From assembly GCA_944386585.1 (NCBI GenBank), contig CALXBT010000083.1, positions 1 to 62,045 on the forward strand: a stretch of 62,045 nt of DNA, in the 5' to 3' direction. The DNA comes from an uncultured Clostridia bacterium (GTDB taxonomy: Bacteria > Bacillota > Clostridia > Peptostreptococcales > Anaerovoracaceae). The translations under genes and the position numbers were made by a program. Within the stretch, counting starts at the first letter, position 1. The number at the start of each line of letters is the position of its first letter. This document shows positions 9,116 to 18,307 of this stretch, one piece after another. The notes below the pieces were generated by a model. It made no database searches. It was not told the origin of the DNA and saw only the letters and a list, made by a program, of their open reading frames with translations.

Positions 9116-9934
9116 TTACTTTTCAATCAGCGCGCGGATGCTTTTGATTTCCCGCGCCGCAGAAAGCTCCGGCTCGCTGGCATATGAAACAAGTTCCGAG
9201 CTGAGCCAGCCGTCGTAACCGTATTTTCTTAAGACAGCCATCAGCGCTTCCATTGGAATTATTCCCGTTCCTACCGGCATATGCGTCGGACTTACACCAT
9301 CACTGTCGATAAAATGAATATAATCCATTTTGCTGCCGAGTTTTTCAAAATAGTCTCCAAAGACTTCCTTGTGCACCATCGGCGTTACAGTATCTATCAT
9401 CGTTTTAACACGCGGGCTTGCAAGATCATCAAGCAGCTCTACCAAATCATCAAGAAAAATAATCGTATTGCTTTCCATTAGCGTTACTGCTTCTATGATC
9501 AGATCAACACCGACCTTTTCAGCATGTTCTGTCAGGCTTTTCATCACCGTCAGCACATTCTGATAATTTTGCCGGCGGCTTGTCTGATATCCCGCATGTC
9601 CGCAGGCAAGCTGCACTCTTGGTGCACCAATCAGTTTTGCAACATCAATTGCCTGTTTCAGATATGCAACTGTTTCTTCTCTCTCTTTTATATCCGGTGT
9701 AGAAATGTTATACGGATATCCAAGCACCTCCGGCGTATACATCGGCACTTCCAGCCGGTATTTCTCTTTTAATTGTAGCACATGCTCGCAGCGGGCCTCG
9801 TCCATATCATACGGATATGCCTGCGGCCGCCCGCCCCAGATTTCCACACCGTCATAACCGAAATATCCAGCTACTTCAAAAATTTTATCTAAATGATAAC
9901 GGCGAAATGATAATGATAACAAAGCAACTTTCAT
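9116..9934 (-). CDS. Sugar phosphate isomerase/epimerase (xylose-isomerase-like TIM barrel)
   Basis: The track ORF starts at 9967, but the RBS AAAGGGAG precedes the ATG at 9934 (MKVALLSLSFRRY...). Contains GYDGVEIWGG... Confidence 0.82.
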   Translation of the reverse strand: MKVALLSLSFRRYHLDKIFEVAGYFGYDGVEIWGGRPQAYPYDMDEARCEHVLQLKEKYRLEVPMYTPEVLGYPYNISTPDIKEREETVAYLKQAIDVAKLIGAPRVQLACGHAGYQTSRRQNYQNVLTVMKSLTEHAEKVGVDLIIEAVTLMESNTIIFLDDLVELLDDLASPRVKTMIDTVTPMVHKEVFGDYFEKLGSKMDYIHFIDSDGVSPTHMPVGTGIIPMEALMAVLRKYGYDGWLSSELVSYASEPELSAAREIKSIRALIEK

Positions 9935-10069
9935 AAAAACTCCCTTTCTGCCCAAAAGCACGAACAAATCAAATCATGCAATAACAATTTTCCCTAAGTG
10001 TATCACAATTCTGACAATTTCGCAAGGCGCGCACCCTTTTTCTGAAAGCCTTCTGACAGCATTTTTCAT

Positions 10070-11524
10070 TTACAGATACATTCCCGTCATCAACTCATAC
10101 CATTCAGAACGATTGTCTTCTTCTTTATCGTAAACAACCTGCCCGTTAACAATAGTCATTACAGCTGTACACCGCCGAAACGCCGCAAAATTCGTAAGTT
10201 CAAACGGATTTTCTTCAAAAACAGCAAAAACAGCCGCTTTTCCAACTGTAATGGATCCTATCTCATCTTCCTTTCCAAGCAGTACTGCGGCATCAATCGT
10301 AAGCGCATCAATTGCCTCTGCAATCGTTTTTGCCGTATCAAGCGCTGAAAGCATAAAAGCTCCGTCTTTCCGGCTGGCTATCGGCGCCTTCGTAATGTTT
10401 TCCCCCAGCATTGTATCTGCAAAGTCTTCTTGAGAAAAGCCTTCTTCACAGGCAACTGCAAAGACATTTTTCTTATATCCGGCGGATATTGCCGCTTCCA
10501 TTGCCCGCACCGCCTTAAATGCATCCTGCATACTCTGTGTTTCTATATGAATATCGAATCCTGCGTCTGCCGTTTCTTTTACAAGCGCTGTCAAAAGTCC
10601 GCTATTTTCACCTTCCTTTACTCTGTTTTCTTCCGGCTTAAAAAAGCCGCTTTTCTCTGAAATATCCAAATACAGAGCCCGAAACTCAATTCCCCATTCA
10701 ATTTCATTGCAGTTTGTCTTTCTTTGGCGCAGCTTCTGTACAACCAGATGCGGAGATGCTGCTCTGTTTACAAAAAGAGAACCAAACAGTCTTTGTTTGA
10801 GCATGCCTTGCGATGCATAAGACAAAAGAATATCCTGGTAAATGCCGTCAAAATAATCTATACTTCCAACATTCATTACAGAGGTAACCCCTTTTTCACA
10901 GTACATGCCCGCAATCTCCATAATATTCCTTTCAATTGCTTCAAAATCAAGACACGCAAAAACAGACATGATATAAGAAATTGTCATATTTTTAACCTGA
11001 TCTTGCTCTGCCGCTTCCGCAAGCATTTCCGCCGCACAGCTGTTCATCCAGACAGCAAGTCCGCTGGCTGATAATAAAACGACCGGTTTTTCTCTGCAAA
11101 CAGCATCCAGCGCATCTTTCTTCTCTTCCAAATTCATTTTATTATTTACCGTCTCATTAAATCCGACGGCAAAATATACTTCGCGCTGCGGCTCGTCCTC
11201 AATAAAATCATGCAGCGCATCCTGTATCTCTGTCATATCGTAATCTTCGGAAATCATAAGATATTCCCCATCGAAAGCACGAAGCACTGGTGTTCCGCGC
11301 GTTTCTATAAATCCGGGCAGCAAAAAACCGTTTTCCAAATCAATGATTTCCGTCTCCGCTGCTGCCAGCGTCTCTATACTATCTGCATCGCCCACTGCGA
11401 TAATCTTTCCGTCCTTTACTGCGACTGCTTCTGCCCAGAGCGCATTGGCGTCTGCCGTATAAACACTGCCGTTTGTCAGAATCAAATCGGCGCTTTCAGC
11501 CTTTTTAAAAAATCCAAAAGCCAT
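10070..11524 (-). CDS. Amidohydrolase-3 (YtcJ-like) family protein with a degenerate metal site
   Basis: The N-terminal ADLILTNGSVYTAD...AVAVKDGKIIAVG...LLPGFIE and C-terminal IDAAVLLGKEDEIGSITVGKAA...TIVNGQVVY match the family. The HxH motif after PGFI is replaced by ETRG. Confidence 0.75.
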   Translation of the reverse strand: MAFGFFKKAESADLILTNGSVYTADANALWAEAVAVKDGKIIAVGDADSIETLAAAETEIIDLENGFLLPGFIETRGTPVLRAFDGEYLMISEDYDMTEIQDALHDFIEDEPQREVYFAVGFNETVNNKMNLEEKKDALDAVCREKPVVLLSASGLAVWMNSCAAEMLAEAAEQDQVKNMTISYIMSVFACLDFEAIERNIMEIAGMYCEKGVTSVMNVGSIDYFDGIYQDILLSYASQGMLKQRLFGSLFVNRAASPHLVVQKLRQRKTNCNEIEWGIEFRALYLDISEKSGFFKPEENRVKEGENSGLLTALVKETADAGFDIHIETQSMQDAFKAVRAMEAAISAGYKKNVFAVACEEGFSQEDFADTMLGENITKAPIASRKDGAFMLSALDTAKTIAEAIDALTIDAAVLLGKEDEIGSITVGKAAVFAVFEENPFELTNFAAFRRCTAVMTIVNGQVVYDKEEDNRSEWYELMTGMYL

Positions 11525-11603
11525 AGAATCCTCCCGTATGTATTCATGATATTTTGTACTATCATTATATCATAACGCTTTTTGGGATTCTATGGCTGTT
11601 TTT

Positions 11604-11894
11604 CTACCAGCGGCGGCGTCCGATCAATTCACGAATCAGCAGAATATCGAGAAAATCCCGAAACAACCCGCGTTCCTGCATGGCTTCTGCCGATTGATAT
11701 GCAATGGCAGCAGACATTGCTGTATTTTCTTCATACTGTCTAAGTTCCGGATAAGCGCTGATAATCTGTTCATAAGCCTTATCAGACATAAAAGAAATTG
11801 CTTTCTTTGTCGGCAGACCGCCGAAACTGTCCATTTCATCACAGATAGACAGAATATAAGGCTGTACCTTGTAGTAAATTTCAGGATAAAGCAT
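11604..11894 (-). CDS. Hypothetical small protein (96 aa) with a basic C-terminal tail ...LLIRELIGRRRW
   Basis: Good RBS (CGGAGGAAAT) and coding-like composition. No family recognised with confidence. Confidence 0.55.
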   Translation of the reverse strand: MLYPEIYYKVQPYILSICDEMDSFGGLPTKKAISFMSDKAYEQIISAYPELRQYEENTAMSAAIAYQSAEAMQERGLFRDFLDILLIRELIGRRRW

Positions 11895-11956
11895 ATATTT
11901 CCTCCGAGTTTAATATCATATATTCAATGTATGCCGCTCCCAAATTTTTGTGTTTT

Positions 11957-14632
11957 CTATTGATACCCGTTTTCATACTCTTGGCGAGTTACATGAACAA
12001 CTTCTCTTATCTTTTCACCATCTTCCGGGTAATTCAAGTTTATTATAATTTCTCCAAGATTTCCAATGCTGGAAAACATTCGATTCATATTCAGAAAAAT
12101 CTGCCGCCCGACATACGCGTTGATTCCCAAGTCAAGAACAGCCTGGCTTTCTGCATCTACCGGCGTTAAAGCAATTTCATCACTTACATTTTCCGGTTTT
12201 TCTGAAAAACTGTAATTCACTGTTAAGCTGTACGGTTCTTCTGCTGTTTGAAGTACAAGCGCATTTTCACTGAAAGTTCCATTCCTTGTATCAATATACT
12301 CGTGAAGCGGCAGCGAAGCAACAATCCTGCTCACCTCCGGCGCATTTCCGATATAATCAGTGTGGTAATAGGCCGGATCCTGCGGATTTAAATTATAATA
12401 CCAATTTTCCAGCTGTCTAAGCACAACAGAGTCCATACCGTAAACTGCAAGCTGATTTTCATTTAAAAAACCGACAAAATAAAAATCCCCAACCGGCTCT
12501 CGTTTTTCTTTTTCCGAAAGTCCCGTTATATAGTCGTTAACAATAAACAGTGCAAACCGTTCTCTTTTTGGTTCTCCCACGAAATGCTCCGCGCTGTACG
12601 GCGTAACCTCATACTGTATCCGAAAAACTTTTGCTTTTGGATAGATAAAATCCCATCTGACTTCATCACAGAATGCGCCAAGAAAAATATCCGAAGTATC
12701 AGGACTTCCTCCCTGCGGCGGTACTTCTGTCAATGATTTTAGAGTATAATCCTTGATTTTAAACTCTACTGGAAGATCTTCTGTAATAAAATCATCAAAC
12801 GATTTTTGAAAGACTTTTTCTGCATATGTCCGATACTGTGCATCTGTCAAATCCCGATTTCCCATATGAAATTCCGAGAGATTTTCAAGAAAAGCGGTTC
12901 CTGCCTCTGTTGAATTCGGGTCAAAGCTGCGGCAGGTTGCAAGATAAGATATCAGTTCTTCCACTGAAACAGCTTCATTTACCGTATTCATTACTGCTGC
13001 AAAAAAGTTCTGCTGCAGTGCTACGATTTCATAAAAATCTCCGTCTTTTTGGGCTGTAAAACCAAAGAATTCTTCAAATTCTTCGATTTCTATTTCAGAA
13101 AGGTCTATTTGCATTCCTTTAATATTCGAAAATCCCCTTTTTTCCAAATGACGCACAAGTCCTTTTTCCGCCTGTTCCCTCGTAACCGATGGATACTGCG
13201 AAGAAACGGATGCCTGCATAAATTCTTCTTCTGTCAGAAAATCCTGCCCTGCATAATACACCTCGGCAAAAAGAGTCCCTTCCCTATCAAAGAATTGTTT
13301 TCCGTATTCAGGAAGACCGCTTTCATCTCCTTCACTGCCATCTGATATTCGCATATCACTGAGCCATGTTTGAGGAATATCAAGCTGCCAGTTAAAAGCA
13401 AGCGCTACAGATGTCATTTTATTTCTAAAGGAAAGGCCGTTACGATCCACACCCGTTGTACATGCTGCAAGTACCAGTACAGCAAGAAATAATGAAATCA
13501 CCGTTACAATACGGCGCGGCTCCTGAAACGCTGCAATTCGCTTTACGCGCGCAGTTACCTCCTTATCTCCGCCAAGAAAAGAAGTACTGACAGGAATAAA
13601 ACCTGACTTTCCAGCAGCAGATTTTACCAAAACCCGCGCATACTCACGGCGGCTGCCTAAAGCTTTAATTGCCCGGTCATCGCAGTAAACCTCAAGATCA
13701 CGACGGAACACCCAAAATGCAAGCCACACAACAGGATTAAACCAAAATATCGTCATCAGCACAGCAGCGACCAAACTAAAAAGCACATCCTTATGCTTTT
13801 CATGACAAAGCTCATGCATAAAGACATATTTCAGCTCGTCTTTGTGAAAATCTTCCTTTATATATATCACTGGCCTGAAAATTCCTACTATCATCGTTTG
13901 TTCGGCCCCTGTCTTCAGCAAAATCTTCTTTTGAATTCTCAGCGCTGTTTTACAATCCTCAAAAATTTGCAGTACTTCCTCGTTGTCGCACGGCAAAAGC
14001 TTTTCTCTCATCCTCCGGCAGGCAAAATACTGCAAAATCTGCATAAAAACGATAGCCAACACTCCTGCCAGCCAAATTCCGGAAGCGGCTTTTTCTACGC
14101 CTGCTCCAAATATCAGCCTGCGGCCGGAAAGCAATTCAATCGAAAGGCTATACTGCAAAGGAGAAAAAGATTCCACTTTCATTTCTTCTCTATCTGCCTT
14201 ATCCTGCACTCCTGCTTCCGAAAAAATCATTTCCTGACCGTTCTGATTTTTTTCGCCCGTTTTTAAAGGGGCACTATTTTCAGAAATCCCGCCAAATGAA
14301 TTTCCTTGTCCTGCGCCTTCCTGCAAATCTGATAACGCAGTATTTCCTGCAAGACCGCTTGAAATCCCGTAAAATTCAAACTCCGAATCCCTTGTTTTTT
14401 CTGTTTTTCCGACTTCCTGCATCTCTGCCTGCGGGATATAATTCCGCAGCGACAAACTGCTCTTCGGCAGTATTTCAGAAAATGGAAAAAGTACAAGCTG
14501 TACTGCCGGTATGATCCAAATAAAAAACTGCCAGCGCGGCGTAGTATGTTTTTTCAGCGCATATTTTAAAAGCAGAACTAAAAGAATTGATGCCGTTACT
14601 GTAAAAGATGCATTCAAAAGAAACTGTATCAT
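11957..14632 (-). CDS. BlaR1/MecR1-type M56 peptidase signal transducer with a large non-PBP extracellular C-terminal region
   Basis: 891 aa. N-terminal TM helices and the zinc motif FMHELCHEKHKD (HExxH). Located directly downstream of a BlaI-family repressor gene. RBS is GGAGGTAGG. Confidence 0.85.
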   Translation of the reverse strand: MIQFLLNASFTVTASILLVLLLKYALKKHTTPRWQFFIWIIPAVQLVLFPFSEILPKSSLSLRNYIPQAEMQEVGKTEKTRDSEFEFYGISSGLAGNTALSDLQEGAGQGNSFGGISENSAPLKTGEKNQNGQEMIFSEAGVQDKADREEMKVESFSPLQYSLSIELLSGRRLIFGAGVEKAASGIWLAGVLAIVFMQILQYFACRRMREKLLPCDNEEVLQIFEDCKTALRIQKKILLKTGAEQTMIVGIFRPVIYIKEDFHKDELKYVFMHELCHEKHKDVLFSLVAAVLMTIFWFNPVVWLAFWVFRRDLEVYCDDRAIKALGSRREYARVLVKSAAGKSGFIPVSTSFLGGDKEVTARVKRIAAFQEPRRIVTVISLFLAVLVLAACTTGVDRNGLSFRNKMTSVALAFNWQLDIPQTWLSDMRISDGSEGDESGLPEYGKQFFDREGTLFAEVYYAGQDFLTEEEFMQASVSSQYPSVTREQAEKGLVRHLEKRGFSNIKGMQIDLSEIEIEEFEEFFGFTAQKDGDFYEIVALQQNFFAAVMNTVNEAVSVEELISYLATCRSFDPNSTEAGTAFLENLSEFHMGNRDLTDAQYRTYAEKVFQKSFDDFITEDLPVEFKIKDYTLKSLTEVPPQGGSPDTSDIFLGAFCDEVRWDFIYPKAKVFRIQYEVTPYSAEHFVGEPKRERFALFIVNDYITGLSEKEKREPVGDFYFVGFLNENQLAVYGMDSVVLRQLENWYYNLNPQDPAYYHTDYIGNAPEVSRIVASLPLHEYIDTRNGTFSENALVLQTAEEPYSLTVNYSFSEKPENVSDEIALTPVDAESQAVLDLGINAYVGRQIFLNMNRMFSSIGNLGEIIINLNYPEDGEKIREVVHVTRQEYENGYQ

Positions 14633-14645
14633 TTCCTACCTCCTG

Positions 14646-15020
14646 TCAGTCCATTTTCTCAATAATCGACATCAATGTTTTTGTTTCATCCTCTGTGAGA
14701 TTGCTGTCTTTCGTCAAAGAAACCATCATCATCGATTTCTTCCCGTCGAATACTCGGTCAAGAAAACTTTTTACTTCTCTGTTTTTACTGTCTTCTTCTG
14801 AAATCAGCGGATAATATCTGAAATTTCCGGGATGGCTTTTATCTGCCGCCGCTGCGCCTTTTTCTGTAAGCCTCGTTACCAGCGTTCTAACTGTCGTATA
14901 GCTCCAGCCGGATTTTTCCTTTACTCTTTCATCAATCTGCCGCAGGGTCAGATACGGTTCTTCCCAAAGAATCTTCATAATTTTCCATTCCGAATCGCTT
15001 ATGTTTTTGTTTTTCATCAT
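14646..15020 (-). CDS. BlaI/MecI/CopY family transcriptional repressor
   Basis: 124 aa. SDSEWKIMKILWEE.YLTLRQI......KSGWSYTTVRTLVTRLTEKG is the winged-helix penicillinase-repressor pattern. Confidence 0.9.
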   Translation of the reverse strand: MMKNKNISDSEWKIMKILWEEPYLTLRQIDERVKEKSGWSYTTVRTLVTRLTEKGAAAADKSHPGNFRYYPLISEEDSKNREVKSFLDRVFDGKKSMMMVSLTKDSNLTEDETKTLMSIIEKMD

Positions 15021-15070
15021 TTATCTGCTCCCCTTTTTCAATTTTTTCCCGCCAAAGCCTTAGCAAGCAA

Positions 15071-15127
15071 GACTACAAACGTAGTCTTTCTATTTTTAGT
15101 TTACATTTGTAGTCAATATTTGTCAAG
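15071..15127 (-). promoter_or_regulatory. blaI-blaR1 promoter with two BlaI-type TACA/TGTA operator dyads
   Basis: Two dyads: GACTACaaacGTAGTC (15071-15086) and TTTACAttTGTAGTC (15109-15123). The minus strand has TTGACA-17-TAAACT overlapping the second dyad. Confidence 0.6.
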
Positions 15128-15257
15128 AAAATTTATCAATTTTGAATATTTTCCTTTTTTTCCCTTGATTTTTTTTACTATTTATGTCTTTTTTGTTACA
15201 TGTATGTTACAAAACACAAAAATATTTAATTTTTTTATGTTTTTCAAACAAAAATAC

Positions 15258-15412
15258 TTGACAGTAAATATTGTGCCGTGTATATTAATACCTGTAAAAC
15301 TCCTTTTATAAAACATATTACATAGCCAGTCGCCATTCTGGCACAAAGGTAAAACAGCTAAACTATTTACCGAGACCTTCGGATCTTTCTTCCGAAGGTT
15401 TTCTACTTTTTT
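15258..15412 (+). ncRNA. Orphan promoter-to-terminator unit, either an unclassified cis-leader or a small RNA of about 120 nt
   Basis: TTGACA (15258-15263), 17-nt spacer, TATATT (15281-15286). Internal hairpins CCAGtcgccattCTGG and GGTAAAacagctaaactaTTTACC. Terminator ACCTTCGGAtctttctTCCGAAGGT plus a T-run (15375-15412). Confidence 0.35.
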
Positions 15413-15530
15413 GCTGCGAAAGCTTTGATTTTTTCTCTTTCTCTTGATTCCTCTGTACTTTTTCCGTTATTATAGTCATATAAAAACAAAACATATTCGT
15501 CAAAAAAAGAATGAAAAGGAGAGATTTTGA

Positions 15531-16022
15531 ATGTTTAAGAAAAAATTTTCCGGTGATACAAAAAAAATAAAATCCGTCCTGATTATAACGCTTGTTTTTC
15601 TTCTTGCGTCTTCCCTTACCGCCTGTTCTAATTTACTAATCTCTTTTACTACGACAGAGCATCAAGAAATTCATCAGGATAAAACTCCAATCGGAACAGT
15701 AACTGTTTCCATTCTCTTTCCGGAAGAATCCGGTATTGAAAATACCGACGGAAAGGCTTCTCTTTATGAATCCGACAGTTCTGTGCTGGGAGCACTGAAA
15801 GACTACTGTGAAATAAACGGCATCGATCTTGCAATAGAAACAGGAACGACAACATATGTCACCGGAATCGGCGGCGTCAGTGAAAACGACTACGGTGATA
15901 TCAGCGGATGGGTATATACAGTAAACGGAGAAGAAATCATGGAAGCTGCCGATGCCTGTAACCTTGAGGACGGAGACAGTGTCGAATGGAAATATGTAGA
16001 TTTCAGTGATTTTTCTTTTTAA
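15531..16022 (+). CDS. DUF4430-domain lipoprotein
   Basis: Lipobox LTAC after an N-terminal signal sequence. The C-terminal GWVYTVNGEE......L.DGDSVEWKY is the DUF4430 signature. RBS is AAAGGAGAG. Confidence 0.8.
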   Translation: MFKKKFSGDTKKIKSVLIITLVFLLASSLTACSNLLISFTTTEHQEIHQDKTPIGTVTVSILFPEESGIENTDGKASLYESDSSVLGALKDYCEINGIDLAIETGTTTYVTGIGGVSENDYGDISGWVYTVNGEEIMEAADACNLEDGDSVEWKYVDFSDFSF

Positions 16023-16142
16023 TTTCTTTATTTTTTCTACATAAAATGAACACAAAAATTAAGTATACTGTGTATGTAAGATAAGGGGTATATTAACTTA
16101 CACACTTTCCTTCTTTTATTTGATACACACACTTTCACAAAG

Positions 16143-16173
16143 AAAAAACCGAGACCGGCGGTCTCGGTTTTTT
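16143..16173. terminator. Bidirectional intrinsic terminator
   Basis: aaaaaaCCGAGACCGgcgGTCTCGGtttttt. Confidence 0.8.
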
Positions 16174-16893
16174 CTATTTCTTCTTTTCATCATGACTTGC
16201 AAGCCCGCTTCCGCTGATGGATATTATATCGCCAAGATAAGTAGGTTCCGGTTTTATCAGCACTTTTAAAAAATCTTTATTTCTTGCAATAATTTCCCGC
16301 ACCTCCCGGTAACTCTGACCCGTATAAACGCGCTGTTCCGATGCTGCGCCCATTACTTCAATTCCAAGCTGCTTTCCGATATAAAGCGACCGATGCTGAT
16401 GATACTTCTGTGTTACAATCACTGCTTTTTTGACTGCAAAAATTTCTGCAGCCCGGTACATCGACTCATAAGTAGAAAATCCTGCATGATCCAGAAAAAT
16501 ATCTTCTGCCGGAACCCCAGCTTCCTCCATATATCGTCTCATAGCGTTCACTTCATCATATCCTTCTTGTCCGTGGTCCCCTGTCAAAAGCAGCTTCGGC
16601 GCAATTCCTTCCTTATATAATATCAGCGCTGCTTCCAGCCGGTCCTCCAGCATATGGTTCGGTGTACCGTCTGGTTTTAACCCGGCGCCAAGCACCAAAA
16701 TACAGTCCGGGCCGAATTCTCTCAGCACATTTAGCGCACTTTTCTTATTTTTTTCTGCAAAAAATGCACTGTCCATAACAACTGCGATATCTTTCTCTGT
16801 GCTTTTTACAATGTAAAGGTTTATTCCTCCTGCCAAAACAAAGCCTGCTGCAATAACTGCTGCAGCTGTTATCAAAACGATCCTCTTTTTCAT
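16174..16893 (-). CDS. SanA/YdcF (DUF218) family protein
   Basis: 239 aa. N-terminal TM anchor, then ILVLGAGLKPDG.P...L.DRL..A..LY..G....LL.TGDHG, the DUF218 pattern. Confidence 0.82.
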   Translation of the reverse strand: MKKRIVLITAAAVIAAGFVLAGGINLYIVKSTEKDIAVVMDSAFFAEKNKKSALNVLREFGPDCILVLGAGLKPDGTPNHMLEDRLEAALILYKEGIAPKLLLTGDHGQEGYDEVNAMRRYMEEAGVPAEDIFLDHAGFSTYESMYRAAEIFAVKKAVIVTQKYHQHRSLYIGKQLGIEVMGAASEQRVYTGQSYREVREIIARNKDFLKVLIKPEPTYLGDIISISGSGLASHDEKKK

Positions 16894-17175
16894 CTCTTTC
16901 TTCCTTTTATCCTGTTTTTGTCTTTTGCTTCCGCTATTTTACCTGTTCTTCTCTATCTATGATTTTCGATTTTATTCTGACCCCATATACAGAATAGCAG
17001 AAATAGATTCTTTTATCAATTTTTCCAGATTTTAATGATTTGTTAAGAGAAATTTAATACTGTTTTTTCATTCTTATAGTATAATGTGTGAAGTACAAAA
17101 ACCGGCGGCGCGCAATACCATGCATGACTCACCTCCGGTAACACACAATCAAGTAAAAAGGGGATGGATATACAC

Positions 17176-18294
17176 ATGTTAAAAAATCCGTTTAAAAACG
17201 CATCAAAAAAGAAAAAAGTCATTTTTATTATTGCAGGAATTTTTGTTTTCTGTGTTGTCGCCGGTCTTGCGCTCCCAAATTTCGGAGGAAGCGGCACAGC
17301 CGGCATGCAGATTTCTTCCGGAACGATTGAACGCGGCAATTTGCAGGAAACGATTGCAATCAAAAGTACTGTTGAAGGATCTGATTCCGCAAATATCTAT
17401 TCTGCCGCCAATTATCGAATTAACAGCGTTACTGTACAGGAAGGCGATGTCGTTACAGAAGGTCAAATTCTTGCAACACTCGACGCAGAAGATCTCGCTG
17501 ATGAATATAGCAAAGCTAAAATTGCCTACGATGAAGCAAAAAGAGCCTATGATACTTCCAAAACGCTTTATGAAGAAGGGGCAATTGCTGAATCCGACTA
17601 TCTTTCAGCGAAAGCTACTTATGAAACAAGCCGGCTTACACTTAATTCCCTAAACCTCACGGAAAATGCAAATGTTACCAGTCCAATTTCCGGTACGGTA
17701 ACCAGAGTGAATGCAACTGTCGGAAAGCTTGCTAACGGAGGCAGCGGAAACAGTGAACCGCTGTTTGTTATTGAAAATCTTGATAAACTTCAGATGAAGG
17801 TCAAGGTCAGCGAATACGATATCAGCAAGATCCGCGTTGGCCAAACGGCGACAATCACCGCTGAAGTTCTGGGAAGCGAAACCGTTACCGGCACTGTTTC
17901 GCACATTTCACCGACGGGTGAGCAGCGTGATGCAAGTGGCAGTGAAATGGTAATTCCAGTGGTTATCGACATCGACAAAGGAAATACAAATCTGATTGCA
18001 GGCGTTACTGCAAAAGCGACGATTCTGATTGATGAGGCAATCGATGTTTTTACGGTTCCGATTGACGCAATTCTCGAGGATCCTGCAACAAGCGAAACTT
18101 ACATTTTCGTTATCACCGAAAATAATACTCTTTCAAAGGTAGCTGTCAAAGTTGGGCTTGAGGGTGATCTATACACAGAAATTTCGCCGGCTGAGACAGG
18201 AAGCGCTTCTGAACAAATTACAGAAGGCAGGCGCATAATGCTTTCTCCAACTTATGAATGTCAGGACGGCATGCCTGTTACCGTACTGCAGTAA
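17176..18294 (+). CDS. Efflux transporter periplasmic adaptor subunit (HlyD/MacA-like)
   Basis: N-terminal anchor, lipoyl-like and coiled-coil segments (YSKAKIAYDEAKRAYDTSKTLYEEGAIAESDY). Start chosen at the ATG at 17176 from spacing to the AAAGGGGA RBS (track start is 17164). Confidence 0.85.
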   Translation: MLKNPFKNASKKKKVIFIIAGIFVFCVVAGLALPNFGGSGTAGMQISSGTIERGNLQETIAIKSTVEGSDSANIYSAANYRINSVTVQEGDVVTEGQILATLDAEDLADEYSKAKIAYDEAKRAYDTSKTLYEEGAIAESDYLSAKATYETSRLTLNSLNLTENANVTSPISGTVTRVNATVGKLANGGSGNSEPLFVIENLDKLQMKVKVSEYDISKIRVGQTATITAEVLGSETVTGTVSHISPTGEQRDASGSEMVIPVVIDIDKGNTNLIAGVTAKATILIDEAIDVFTVPIDAILEDPATSETYIFVITENNTLSKVAVKVGLEGDLYTEISPAETGSASEQITEGRRIMLSPTYECQDGMPVTVLQ

Positions 18295-18307
18295 CAAGGA
18301 GGCCTCT

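Noticed and set aside
17095-17150. GC-rich patch (ccggcggcgcgc...ctccgg) in the 5' UTR of the macA-like operon, considered as a possible small riboswitch
   Set aside because: It offers only a 5-bp potential stem, matches no riboswitch motif I recognise and has no terminator or sequestered RBS. The evidence is insufficient.
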